In this document: positions 49,301 through 61,100 of the stretch, piece after piece
Layout: every line of letters starts with the position of its first letter
Numbering within the stretch: position 1 is the first letter of the stretch
Source of the DNA: Phoronis australis
Taxonomy: Eukaryota; Animalia; Phoronida
Reading direction: 5' to 3'
Assembly (NCBI GenBank): GCA_002633005.1
Contig: NMRA01000311.1
Span: 321,839 to 385,838 of the forward strand
DNA: 64,000 nucleotides
The notes under the pieces: generated by a model
Database searches by the model: none
What the model saw: only the letters and a program-made list of their open reading frames with translations
What the model was told of the DNA's origin: nothing
Position numbers and translations under genes: made by a program

Positions 49301-51111
49301 TGCAAAATACGTGTATCAGTCCACTTTCAGATCTGGGATTTTGAAACTGGTAAAAAGATAAAAGATGTTCCTCAAGATATCCTCAATACCTGCAAGGTGA
49401 GTCAAGTCAGCAGGGGGTCTGATTCATGAAAGTGACTTAAGCCCTAAATTTGGTCTTCCACTTCACAATTGGTGAACTAGGGTTTAGCCATTGGCACTTG
49501 ACACTCTAGAAATAATTTTAGATTAGTGACTAGCAGTTATGTGTATGGTCTTAGAATTTTTTTATTTTTGCTCAAGAACATTTAACCAGAAATATTGTGA
49601 AGTGTGAGACTGTTTTTTTGACTTACTTCAGTCTACTTTTTAATGAAGTAGGCTCTCGGTGTTTATTGACAACTTGGTTGTATTCATTGCAGCATGTTAA
49701 GTCAACATTTAATATCAAGTAATATAATGCTTGTTGTATCGTTCTGGTCATATTTATAACACGATATTACTATGTCAACCTCCATGGATTTTTTGTTCAA
49801 AATCTTTGTTTCCTCGCTGCCGATCACTGTCAAATATGGCAGATTAGCGAGTTGAGTACTTTACTAATTGTTCATCACTTACTTAAGCCTTGATTTCATG
49901 GAAGATAACCACAGTGTAATGACCTTAGCAAATGACAGGAAGATCCCGATTGAAAGTCAAGTTTTTTTTTAGTTTTTCTAGTTATTTCATGATTCGGTCT
50001 GCGGCTGACCTATTTAATTCCTGTTCAGTCAATGGCCTCTAAATTATCCATTGTCGTGGTTTAATTGACTTCACGTCAGTCGACAATCATCTTAGTAAAT
50101 CTTAAGTGTTATCAAAATTCGATACAGCAATATTTTGTCCCTGTCTCTACACGACCAGTGACAGCACCAGTAATGTTTGCTTTCGTCTCTCGATAGTTGT
50201 ACTGTGCCCAGTGGGTTGCTCGAGAGTTCATAGTGTGTGGCGGTACTGACCAGAATATGCTGCGACTGATTGACAGGGGCACGCTGAATGTAAGTTACAA
50301 TTTACAATGAAACTTGCTGCTGATCAGGTGCAAAACTGTACCATCCAGCTCATGTTAAGTGCTTTTTGGTGAATTTATTAACTTTTAAGAAGTAACAGAA
50401 TCTGATGCTGTCTTGGACTGTTGGTATCTCTGCAAGTGGTGTTGCTCTCGGTTGTAGTGTTTCAAAGGAATTAATAATCGTTTTAGTTACTGTTAATCAC
50501 AGACGTTGTTGTGCATGTTCGTGTGGAATAGTACACATTATTTGCCAGGATGTGTCTCCATGGTAACACTGCTTTACAATGCACCATGTTTAAAGGGGAA
50601 AGCCACCATTTGTGGTGCATATTCCTAGTTACTGTGTGGAGACATTATTCTCAGTAAATTACTGCTACATAACAAGAGTAATTAACACTGAATAATGTCT
50701 CCACAAGCTAAATGGGGATATGCATTCTGGTTAAAAGGTAACAGCAAAAATGGTACTTGGTTTCCCTTTTGAATACATTGAGCTCTCATATGATTAGTTA
50801 TAATTAATCGACTGCTTATAGAAAGTCACACTCTTAGTAGTCAGATAGTACTAAATAAATCTGGTTAACAGTTGACGTCAAATTGGGACGAGTGCGCTTA
50901 CCTGGGCTGCTAAATGAATATTCATTACTCGGTGGCATTCACTTGTCCTGATTGGCTGTAAGTTTTCTTTTTTCCCTTTCAGTCAATTGGCCAAGTGGTA
51001 GACCTCCCACAGGGGGTTTACAGTATTGACAACGATAGGATTGGTACGAACCCAAGGATGTGTCTAGCAGCAGCAAATTATGTCTATGTGATACGACAGG
51101 AGAAGAAGTGA
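37360..51111 (+). CDS. WD40-repeat beta-propeller protein, 396 aa, uncharacterised (GPHVCGDALD family)
   Basis: 9 phase-compatible GT-AG exons: 37360-37592, 44445-44529, 45099-45249, 46074-46266, 47702-47810, 48598-48729, 49331-49396, 50197-50289, 50983-51111 (TGA). WD motifs VMCCRFSPDGTAIAAGQKDGVVKIF, GHRSSVFSIQYH...LVSAGWDNTVQFWD, ILTGSWRKDDVLQIWD. Confidence 0.92.
38666..39677. mobile_element. hAT5-like non-autonomous DNA transposon, ~1 kb
   Basis: TIR CATAGGCGGATTTAGG / CCTAGATCCGCCACTG, exact 5-bp TSD AATAA; closely similar to 55129-55975. Confidence 0.85.
41138..41224. repeat. 30-bp tandem repeat x3
   Basis: TTGTGTCACTGAACAGGGTGACTCTGATAG repeated. Confidence 0.9.
42240..43550 (-). 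repeat. Degenerate ~140-150-bp-unit tandem array with CTCF-like motifs; inverted homologue of 61900-63600
   Basis: Recurrent GCC(C/T)CCTAGTGG-like motifs at 42369, 42705, 42977, 43246, 43396; 42960-43045 aligns to the reverse complement of ~63108-63190. Confidence 0.7.
43737..44150. mobile_element. Foldback MITE with TTA TSD, each arm carrying a tRNA-like cassette
   Basis: TIR AGTCTGGTCTGCATGCCACCTGTTGGCCACA / TGTGGCCAACAGGTGGTATGCAGACCAGACT; tRNA-like segments at 43804-43876(-) and 44005-44078(+). Confidence 0.8.
46383..46443. repeat. 28-bp tandem duplication
   Basis: TGTCGTACCTAGTGAAGGGGAGGGGATG x2 plus a partial third. Confidence 0.85.
47520..47680 (+). mobile_element. Single-arm remnant related to the tRNA-bearing MITE
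   Basis: GATAGCTCAGTGTACTAGGACATCTGCATGGTTAGTAAAGAGTCCGGGTTCGAGCCCTGGTCG followed by ...TGCAGACT, like the 44005-44150 arm. Confidence 0.6.
48000..48440 (-). mobile_element. Penelope-like retroelement remnant (RT linker plus GIY-YIG endonuclease)
   Basis: GLLEKLSIFRQHQVGTNHKPFNTL and, after a frameshift, CLSCHIGETARSLGTRRKEH. Confidence 0.75.
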
Positions 51112-54100
51112 TACCCCGGCTCCAACTGGGAGAATTGGCGTCATTGTATCCAATGTATATTCTTCCATCCATTTTTCTCCCACATGTGCATTTAATTTAG
51201 TGGGTGCATGATCTCTGTTGTTTCGGTCCGTCTCGGCTTGTAAGTGCCCCCTGGTAGCTATCATTTGGATTCTATTTTACCAAACATCTATTGTAAGTAT
51301 ATCACATGTCAATTTTGCTATTATATTTTATTTCATAGTTGCATACGCTCCCACTCTTCTGCAAATGCAGGTTTTTACAGACAGATCCCAAGGATTATAA
51401 AATTAGTCACTATTTCTTTTGACAGCTGGTTTCCCAAAATTGTCCAACCCTTCTGGTAGTGCCAACTTCTGTTTTATTATCTTCTGCATGTTCTCCAATT
51501 ATATGTTTATTTTCGTTATCAAAATTGTTAATGAAGGTTTACAGCTGTTGATTAGCAGTGATTTATCATAATGATTTTACGTCGTTGTGGCATTCAGTAA
51601 CATGATAACATTTGTTATATATCTTATGTACTTGGTGTGAATAAAGTGAACGTTTTTGTTCAGGTTCTGTGTGGTGTAACTACTCTTTTCTAATCTGCAG
51701 CAAGTGCTTGCAGAATGTCTGCCAGTTGATTTATCCAAGCAGAGTTTTAAGTCAACAGAAATGATCTCTAGAATGTAAAATTTTAAGAATCCCTCCAAAT
51801 CACAGAATTATTTGGTGATCGCTCTGGGTCTCTTGCCATTGGCACTTGGCAGTACCTTGTGGCACATTGGGTTTGCTTAACATTCCATTAACGTCTTCAA
51901 ATTTCTGTTTACTTTTATTTTTTCTATGGAGATAGTTTGCTTTTGTATTATTTGTTCTTGAAAATGTTTTGTGTGACTGGCACCAGTTCCTTGCTAATAT
52001 ACATGCCTTAAACTTTAGTGGTTATGCAGTCATTACCAGCCTTTAAGGCCCGTAGGAGGTTTCCCACATGTATTGACATACATTGTACCTTGTTGTGTTA
52101 CACTTCCCAAGATTGAAGCACGTGTTAATGTTATCTTCCTGATGCACCTTCATTGTCAGATGAGCTAATTACCATAAGGACTAATTTATGAAAATAAACA
52201 ATACCAGTCGTATCTATTGTTTTTGCCTCACTTGATACTGCTATATGCGTTTGCTTTCTTTTATTTTAGTTTATCATAAATTCAAGCCCAACAAAGAGCC
52301 ATGGTAATTTCAATCCTTACTTAGTCAACAAGGCGGACCCGATATTTCGCCCTGTTTAGCGGGCTAATATGGAATCGGGCCTTTTACTCTCGTAAAATCA
52401 GTCTCCTAATATTCCTGAATCTGATAACATTACATTTTCATCATACCAACCTAAGTCGCTGACAATACATTCGTACAGCCATTTTCGACAGAAAGTAGTA
52501 ACGGTTTAGCAATAATCAACGCTTATCAACGTCAATCCAAACGTTTCGTTTTTAATAAACATTATCGTTTTTAATAAACATTATCGTTTTTAATAACGGT
52601 CGAAAAAAGCACTGATTTGTCATTGTTGGGTTCTTGATTTTTTAATACACATCTCCAATTCTCGCCGTTGTCGGACATTCACCATTGTCGGTCACTTTAT
52701 CAGTTACACCCGCTTAAAATACTCTGCCATTCATTCAGTGGGATTTATCTTCAATAGGCGTGCATGTGCCCAGGCACGCTGAATTTCGTCAAGTCTTTGA
52801 AATGGTTCTTTGCTTTATTTTAGAACTTACGGTGGAAGTAGCCTGCAATCTCTTTCACTCTGAGCACGCCCTCTGATCCAAATTAATTCAAATTGTTCCA
52901 TAGATAAATTTAAAATGAATTCTGAGGTGCACACTAAAGTTCTTAGATTTCTCGGAGACCATGGTATACCGAGTTGTCGCCGACGTCTGGTAGTTTAACG
53001 CGCCAGTGAATGATACATGTACCAACAATAGCGAACTGACTCGGGTTATTTGGCCAAGAAACGACTCTCATCTGAGTTAGTTAAGGACAAGTGACTGAGA
53101 TCAGTTAAACACTGGTAAAAAGTGGTAGTTATTTTACCGCGGTTTATAGCGCCGCTTTTATTAGGAATCCATAGTTGCATAGTCGGTCTCCATGTGATGG
53201 CATGAAGTCTAGAGTTGGAAATACAGTAGCTCGGAAATGATTGCTGGAACCGCCGTCCTGGCTTGAAATCTCCGCGAGAAATTTGTGCACAGTGTGCCGG
53301 TAGGATACGTGACGTCTCTCACAAAGCATTGCGGATAAGTGGCGTCCATTTAGGTTATGAAAGACCGTACAACACTGTTCAAATCTGCCTGATTTCAGAC
53401 CATCATATCTTGAAAATGGACGATCGGATCCCATGCTTTACGGGAGCACCTCTCTCCAAAACGTTGTTGGAAATTATTGTAAAATGATCCAATTTTGCAA
53501 GAATTTCTAACAAAAATAAGACTTTATGATTTTTATCAGGAAGAGATAACCATCTCTTCCTGTTTTTATGTATAATACTCAACAGTTACAAAAATGAAAA
53601 CAAACTGGTCGTTTAGAAAACTGTAAGAGTGTTTTCGAATGAAATGTAATCTTGAACATTATCAAGAACTTTGGCCGAGATATTGATACCATTGTTTCGC
53701 TACGATTTGCTGAAAAGACATGCATAACATAGTTTTATTTTTGAATTTCTTTTAGTTGACCACAAAGATAGTCCACGAAATTGAATAAAATATTTTTTAG
53801 AAACTTCCAAAATCGCAAGTGCGTAAGTTTAATTTTTAAATTTCAGCCTAAATCAAATAATGACATCACACTGTATGTCAACAGAAAAAGCTAATATTTT
53901 AGACAGCGAGTACTTAAATTAAGTGAAAACAAGGATCTTTGAAAAGGTATCTTGAAGCACGGGCAAAATCATTTTGTTTCATATACGCAAATTTGACTCA
54001 GCTCTCCATTGGACGCCACCCGATGGACGCAACCCTAATGAAGTTCGTCACTGACAGTATCGAAGGCCAATAACTGTCAACGTCAACCAGGAATCAAACT

Positions 54101-55128
54101 AATTTGTGATGGACTATCTGATTGCAAAAACTATTCATTACTTTTTAATATTTTGGTCCCAGTATTTTCAAATTATGTCATGGACCACCTTGGTAAAAAC
54201 CTGAAATTGCAGAACGTGGCGAGTGACAAATCTATGTCACATTTCAAGTCAGAGAATGTCGTTTAGGTGAATAGTTTCGTCAGTTTTATCAGCATAACTC
54301 CAAAGCATCAGTAGACAGATAATTGAGTGGTTATAGCTAAGGTCAGTGACTTGCAAAGTTGTTGCTGTGTAAGTTTCTCACAGCAAGCCGTATCGTACTC
54401 GAAATTTCAAAACCCACTTGCCTCAACAAAATTTTTCACAATTTTCGAATTAAGATCGACAACATGGTGAAACAACATAGGGTGTTAAAACTGTTTTTCT
54501 TTCATAAGGACAGAAGGCTTCTATTCTATTGTTTCCGCGCCGTCCGACTATAGCCGTAGAAGCTCACGGCGCGGGAATCGTAAGTAGGAAAGGGCGTAAC
54601 CCGGCCAATCGGTATGTGTGCCGTGCCCCCATAGACTATATGGTGCCACTACACAAGTACCTATCCTTTGGGAGTTAAAATAACAGGGCCCTTCCCAGTA
54701 CCACTGAATCCCATTTCAAGGACTCCCCTCGCCTTCGCCTAGTCCCAGCCTAACAGTTTACGACTACTTGATCTGGCAGTGCCCGTCGTGGACGTCTTTC
54801 GGATTGCCGTATTGTGTACTACACATATCAAGTATCATGGACGAATAAACATTTTTAGTTTTTTTCGCAATGTTTCCATTTTAACCACCGTTATTTTTCA
54901 ATGACACTTCCAAACCTAGTCTCCCTGGAGGCTAAGTAGCGTCAGATCGCACCATATTTGCAACGACATGTAAACATAAATCCTAAATGTAGTTATGTAG
55001 GTTATATGTTATTTACTATTTCATATAATTTATGGGTCATGACAAATTCTATTCAAGGGACACTCACACACCCAGTGACTCAGTCATTTCCCTCCTCAAG
55101 CGGGCTGATGCACATACGCGTCTTTTAT

Positions 55129-55975
55129 CATAGGCGGATTTAGATCCAATTTCAAGTGTCAAATTCGGAACACGGCGCAGTCGTAACGGAACATGGCTAA
55201 GTATAGGCTCTCTCGCGATATCCCAGGCGACCGGCAGTGGCGCTGCGCACTACGACTCCGTTTCCGTCGTCTGCTCCACTGTGCAATGAAGAAAATTACT
55301 TCATTTTAAAGAAAATGGAACCCGAGTGACGATGAAAAAATAAAAGCTGCTGGTAAGATGTGAATTTTAATCGAAGCCTTATTGAATCACTCAGAAACTC
55401 ATAATTCTCTCTTTGTCAAACCTTAACTTAAGACCATTTCCAAAGCAATCCGTCATTATAGCCAACACGAAAAACGGATTTCGTCTTTTGTGCAATTGAA
55501 CTATTTTAAATACAACAAATTTGTTACGAACCGATTGCACAAAATACAAAACGTGTAATAAGCATTACAAAAAGAAGTAGGTTTCGCGTGCAAACACTAT
55601 GGACCATAAACAAGTAGGTCTTTTACTATGAAGTGGAAGTTAAATCGTGGTTGTGTAGTGGTAAAGCACGAGCGCTCTATCCTCCAGGTCGTGAGATCTA
55701 GGGTGGAATTTTCAGTTTTTCGCTGTTTGACACGTTCTCTGTATTTTTTTTTGTTTTTTTTTGCCTTTTTTCTTGGATAATACATCAGGAATCAAGGAAA
55801 ATGTTTGATTTTTAGCGGAAAAACAGAAAAATTTCCTGGGCGGGAGGGGGCAAAACCGTTTTGCCCCCTCCCGACCTCCCCCCATTCGGTGCTATGCGCA
55901 TCTACAATCGTGGTTTGCGCAAATGCTTACAGACAAAATGTTGCCCCCCCTTGTGATATCCTAGATCCGCCACTG
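55129..55975. mobile_element. hAT5-like non-autonomous DNA transposon (second long copy)
   Basis: Same termini as 38666-39677; exact 5-bp TSD TTTAT. Confidence 0.85.
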
Positions 55976-56642
55976 TTTATCATCCGATCCCACCTGATAT
56001 CAACTCACCTCATTCCTTTTCCTACCCGCCGCAATGATTCCAACGCGCTTAGCTGTTATTGTTCATTTCACCGGTGAAGAGGCAGGAAATCACTCAGCTA
56101 AGGGCGGCATCGCAGTGAGGCGCTTTCGTGGCTCTTTTGTACCAAAAGTTGCTGGTTTTTCAATAACATTTTTTTTCACCTACCTAGTTACGTTACATTC
56201 TAGCACGGTCCAGTTACGCGGCGGCTCTCTAAATTTACTGAGAGCACCCAAGGCGTCGGACGTGCGCGCCGATTTTGCGCAGTATTTTTCATTGTTTGCA
56301 TTTGCTCACATCATTTCCATTGAGTGACTGTCTTGGACTGATGACAACCCGATGACTCTAGTCTCTAACTTCTATTGCGAGTGAGTCATGCGAAGCAGTT
56401 CAATAACCGCATAAAGGATTTTTCCGTCCACTTACCTATTGCACGGCGTACATGTATAGCTTGTATCATAGACCAGACAAAATAGATTCTGATATTAAAT
56501 AAAATTCATCGAGTTAGTTAAATGTAGGATTTCGGTCATTTCTATTTATAGTCGCATATTGTGCTTTCATCATAACTTCTGAAGTTTTTTCCTTAAATAC
56601 CCATGTTTTCGGTTTTATACGAGTTCTTTCCCTTCAGTGCCC

Positions 56643-57006
56643 GCCTCAGCTCCAATCTTTGTACTTTCTAGTCGAAAGAACTCGCACTTTCTCTGCTCCT
56701 TTTGTGCGAACTCAAGATAAGTGGGGTTATCAGACTGTGCATACATTAAAGTTTATACATATGAGTTTCTAGTCCAAATTGCATTATATCCGTTCTACAA
56801 ACTCAAGTGAAAACTCGAAGTTCCGAGTTCAAACTCGAACTTATACCAATGCAAACTAGGACTAAAAATTATCCACGTACTTATTAATGTACTCGAGCAT
56901 AGAATAGACACTTATCTTGAGTTCGCACAAAAGTAGAGTAGAAAATGCTAAACATACATGTAATTTCGAGTTCCATTTCGAGTAAAAAGATTAGAGACCG
57001 AGCCCA
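56643..57006. mobile_element. Degenerate palindromic MITE
   Basis: Imperfect inverted arms (CTAATCTTT..ACTCGAAA, TTTTGTGCGAACTCAAGATAAGT / ACTTATCTTGAGTTCGCACAAAA). Confidence 0.55.
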
Positions 57007-58183
57007 GCGGCCAGTAGTAAAGTTTTATTGGGTTGCCGACTTCTGAATTTGTACACCTCAACGCGACGTCGTTTTTTTTTTTCTTTAATTTTGACCATCT
57101 TGAAAAATCTCAGAGTTTGATTTATCTACCGTATGTATTTTTACACACTTTCTAATGGAACTGTCAACTCTTGGTATTGTTCTGTAACAGGGCTTGCCAG
57201 GACCCAGCCATCGCTTATGATTCCGACAATGATAATCCCGCTACCGAGGGTAGCCTACCAACCAAAATACCTACGACCATGCCTACGACTATAAGCATAC
57301 ATCCTGTAAGGCGACCTAGAAAAAATTGGGTCAAACACCACCATCTTTACTCTCCTAGACGGATTTCCCCAGCTGAGGTCGTCACGGGATTGCGTGCAAT
57401 GCAGAGCAAAGGTATTAGTAGGAAGTTTTGTTTATGTTCACTTAGGGCCTACTTCCAGATTTGCTGTCCGTGTCGTCCTGTATTTTCCATGCTGGTTCCT
57501 CTGATGTGGACTTAATTGGTCACCCGCCACTGAAGCCGGTCCGAAGTGACAAATGACAGTAATGTTGTTTTTCGCGATAAAGTGGCTTGTTGTTTATCAC
57601 GCCCTGTAGCACATTTCTGCAGTCATGAAAGAGTTAAATCTTCGTGTCTCTAAGCTTGGAGTTGACTGAGGACGAGGGGTGAGTTATTATGGTTACATTT
57701 GTGTTTTGTGGCATACAGTCTCCAGGTGGCAAGACCGTCGGCTCGACTGAGTGCCCAAACAACATGCCAATTGTTATGATGACCTGTGAACTTGCAATAA
57801 ACTAATCGTGATTCTGTTCTCCTCATTGAGACTGTAAACAATGCAAAGGCATGCTCATATGACTGTAAAGGTTCGCAGCTAATAAACCTTCTGAAGCGGC
57901 CAGCAGGGGGTATGTGCGAGTTAAAACTGATTTTAACACTGAGGGAATTTTTAATCACTGTATGGGAATTTTTGGCCAGATGGTTGTAATTTCGCCAGAT
58001 TTTTAAATATTTTCAGGGGGGATGAGGTCGGTATTTGTCTTAATTCAAGGTATTTAGTGTCCTGAATGACACAGGGGTGACGTATATATAAATTGAGCAG
58101 TTGCTGCATGGACGTACAAGTTTTCTGGAACGTCAATTTAACTTAGGAATGCATTGTTTTCTTGCAGTTATTGAGACTCAAGC

Positions 58184-61100
58184 ATGATCTCCATTACAAA
58201 AAGAGTGGGCCTTACTCTTGGCGAAGTTGTGTCGAGGTTGAACAAGTACTCCTCGCCTAGTCTGGCTGAGAGCTGGGACAACGTTGGATTACTTGTAGAG
58301 CCATCTCCGCCCCATGTCATCAACAATGTCTTATTGACCAACGATCTGACAGAGGGAGTGTTGGAGGAAGCACTCACAAAGGAGATCAACTTCATCCTCT
58401 CCTACCACCCCCCTATATTCACTCCTATGAAAAGACTGACGCAAAATACTGCAAAAGAGCGCATTATAGTTAAGTGCATTGAGAGCAGGATTGCTGTCTA
58501 CTCACCACACACGTCATATGACGCCATGGAGAAGGGAGTAAACGATTGGTTACTGGAACCATTTGGTAGGTACATAGTTTAATTAAAAGAGAACGGCTGT
58601 AAATTCAGCATTACAAATACACAGGTTGTGACGTTTAGTGTTTTCTTGCTTGCAGTATGTACTGTCACTAGACTACATGTAGTTGTAAGCTATGTTTGTA
58701 CGAAAGTGATTTGGCCATTCTCGATACAAGACAGTTGCCAACTTGTATTTTTGTTCAGTTATGCAAAGTAACACATTGACCGATTACCACAAACATTTCT
58801 CAAAAAGTGTGTTTAGCCTTCTCTATGCTAATCAGTGTCCAAAGGGGGTAATGAAACCTTTAGTTACCATGCCGGGTAGACAGTACCATCGTTTGAACTG
58901 GGCCAGAAAAGGTGTGGTTCATACACGCCGGGTCTTCGCATAAACTACTAACCTGAAAGCTCAACTCTTAAGCACGGCAGGGAACCCGGGCCATTCTTCA
59001 CGAAACACATTTACAACCCACAGTTTTAGTGCAGTATTTTGTGGCGAGTAGAAATGAAGAGTTAATCCGCGCTCCGAGGCTAGACAGTACCACCGTCTCA
59101 ACTGACAGTGGGGACGGTGGCCATTCCATAGGTCCTCCACACGCCGGAAGCTTTTTGGCCAAATTATGCCTCACACTTCCTAAACCATCAAAGTTATGTT
59201 GCAATAAGTTCCTTTTTCCGCATAGAAGGACACCTTTGGAGGCCGTTGACGTCTTTAATTCCTCCCAACTCAAACATATACTCCCGTAATCAAACTTTTT
59301 TCGAACAGTCCTTTGTTCAATTGTCTAAAGTACTTATAGCAACACGACTGATGATTTAATCAGTGTAAATGCATTTTGTCTCTGCAGGTGAGTGTACGTC
59401 ATCGCCGCTCAAACAGACCATTGCTAAGAGTCATCTGACGAAGGGAGGGTTCAGGGTAGACATCAATTGCGACAAAGACACTGCTTTGCAGTTGCAACTT
59501 GATTTGACGGCTACCTCAGGAATTGTTTCATACCAATGTTTCGAGTAAGTTGAAAACGGACCATTTGATGAATTTCAAAACGCCAAAAGGATCTCGTAGG
59601 GCCTATCTGTATAATTCCACGGTGACTAGTCTCGGTAGGGGTACTTTCACTGACTTGGTAAATTGGAACAGGGTTACCTGTCGCTGATTAAGTTCACTGT
59701 CATATGTCTGAGTAAGTTTGCTGGGTGAGGTAGTCCCATCTTGGGGATATTTTCTTAAAAAAAACCCAGGATGTTTGGACTGGGAAAACCTACGATTGGT
59801 ATATGTGTGTGTGTGTGTGGGTGTGGGTGTGTGTGTGTGTGTGTGTGAGTGTGTGTGAGGTTAGGGGAAATTTCATTGATCAAAGTCCGTACAACAGTAG
59901 AGATTTTGGCTCTTGAGCGGCCCACCCTACTTAGTCATATTGTAAATGTAGGTAATATTACTATTTACCTCGGAGAAATTCCTTTTCAATTATGGCAAAT
60001 ATGTTTTAATTTAAATTTACAATCCTCGCATTGAAAATCGAATTCAGAAGTAAGGCAGGGGTTATCATTTCTTGATTTCTATGCTTATACTGTGGCTGGA
60101 ATGTAACGAACAGGCTTTGTTTTTCAGTAAATAATCTTTATTCTATCTTACTTTAACTTGTATACTTGCCACCTGCTGATATACTCTTCATTGACTTTAA
60201 AAGTGGCTATAAGCAACTGAACCTCGCGGCATATTTTGAGTTATAATGAAGAGCAAATTGTTGTTCGCAGGACTCATTTGGACGTAGAAGAAGAAAGCAA
60301 ATTAAGTGTTGTCTGTGACGACAGTGGTTTGCTGAACGTGCTGAATTTCCTCAAGACCTACGAAGAAAGTGTTAAGAGTAATACTGAGGTCATTCAGTTA
60401 GAAAAGGTGAGGTGGTGAGACTCGATTATGTCATATGTAATGGGGAATGATATTGAGACTCTTTTCATGGATTCATTCTAAGCTCATATTTTAGTGGCCC
60501 ATTGTATGATTACAACGAAGAGAGCAGACACTTCTTTTTTGTATTTTATATTTAATGTCAAAAAGTTTGAATGTGAGTGAAACTTTCATTGTTTATGTCG
60601 TCTTGTCTAGTTTCATTTCCAAACAATTCAAACGAGTCAAAAAGAGTAAAAAATACAGGCTGTATGTTGAACGTACAGTTGATATAAATGAATTTTGTGT
60701 TTCTATTAGTCCCGCCTCCCTGATATAAGAACATGGTTATATTCCATAAGTTTGTCTCATTTCTCAATCTTCATTTTTCTTGAACTCTAGCCTCCCTTGC
60801 CAGGCGTAGGCAGCGGCAGATTGGCCATTTTGAAAACCAAGCTTAGCGTGCAGGAAGTCGTGGACTTGATTAAACATCATCTAGATCTCCAACATGTGCG
60901 ACTTGCCTTGGGCAGGAACAAGGAAATGTGTAAGTATACCTGTGCGCATGCCTGAACGTGCATCCTACCATAGGACTACTTCTCCAAGGCGCTAAATTCC
61001 TTTGTCTTTTGACTAAAATTTCGTCTATGTCTGGTGTATTCTGTTTCACGAATACAGGCTAAGGCTAAAAGTCAGAAAATCTGTTTATGACTCAAAGCTA

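Noticed and set aside
52300-57600. A minus-strand gene head-to-head with NIF3L1 (PPIL3 in mammals); exon-like segments near 56436-56488, 54661-54750 and 52321-52415
   Set aside because: No cyclophilin motif; two of the three segments have stops in all frames and no coherent CDS can be built. A lncRNA cannot be excluded.
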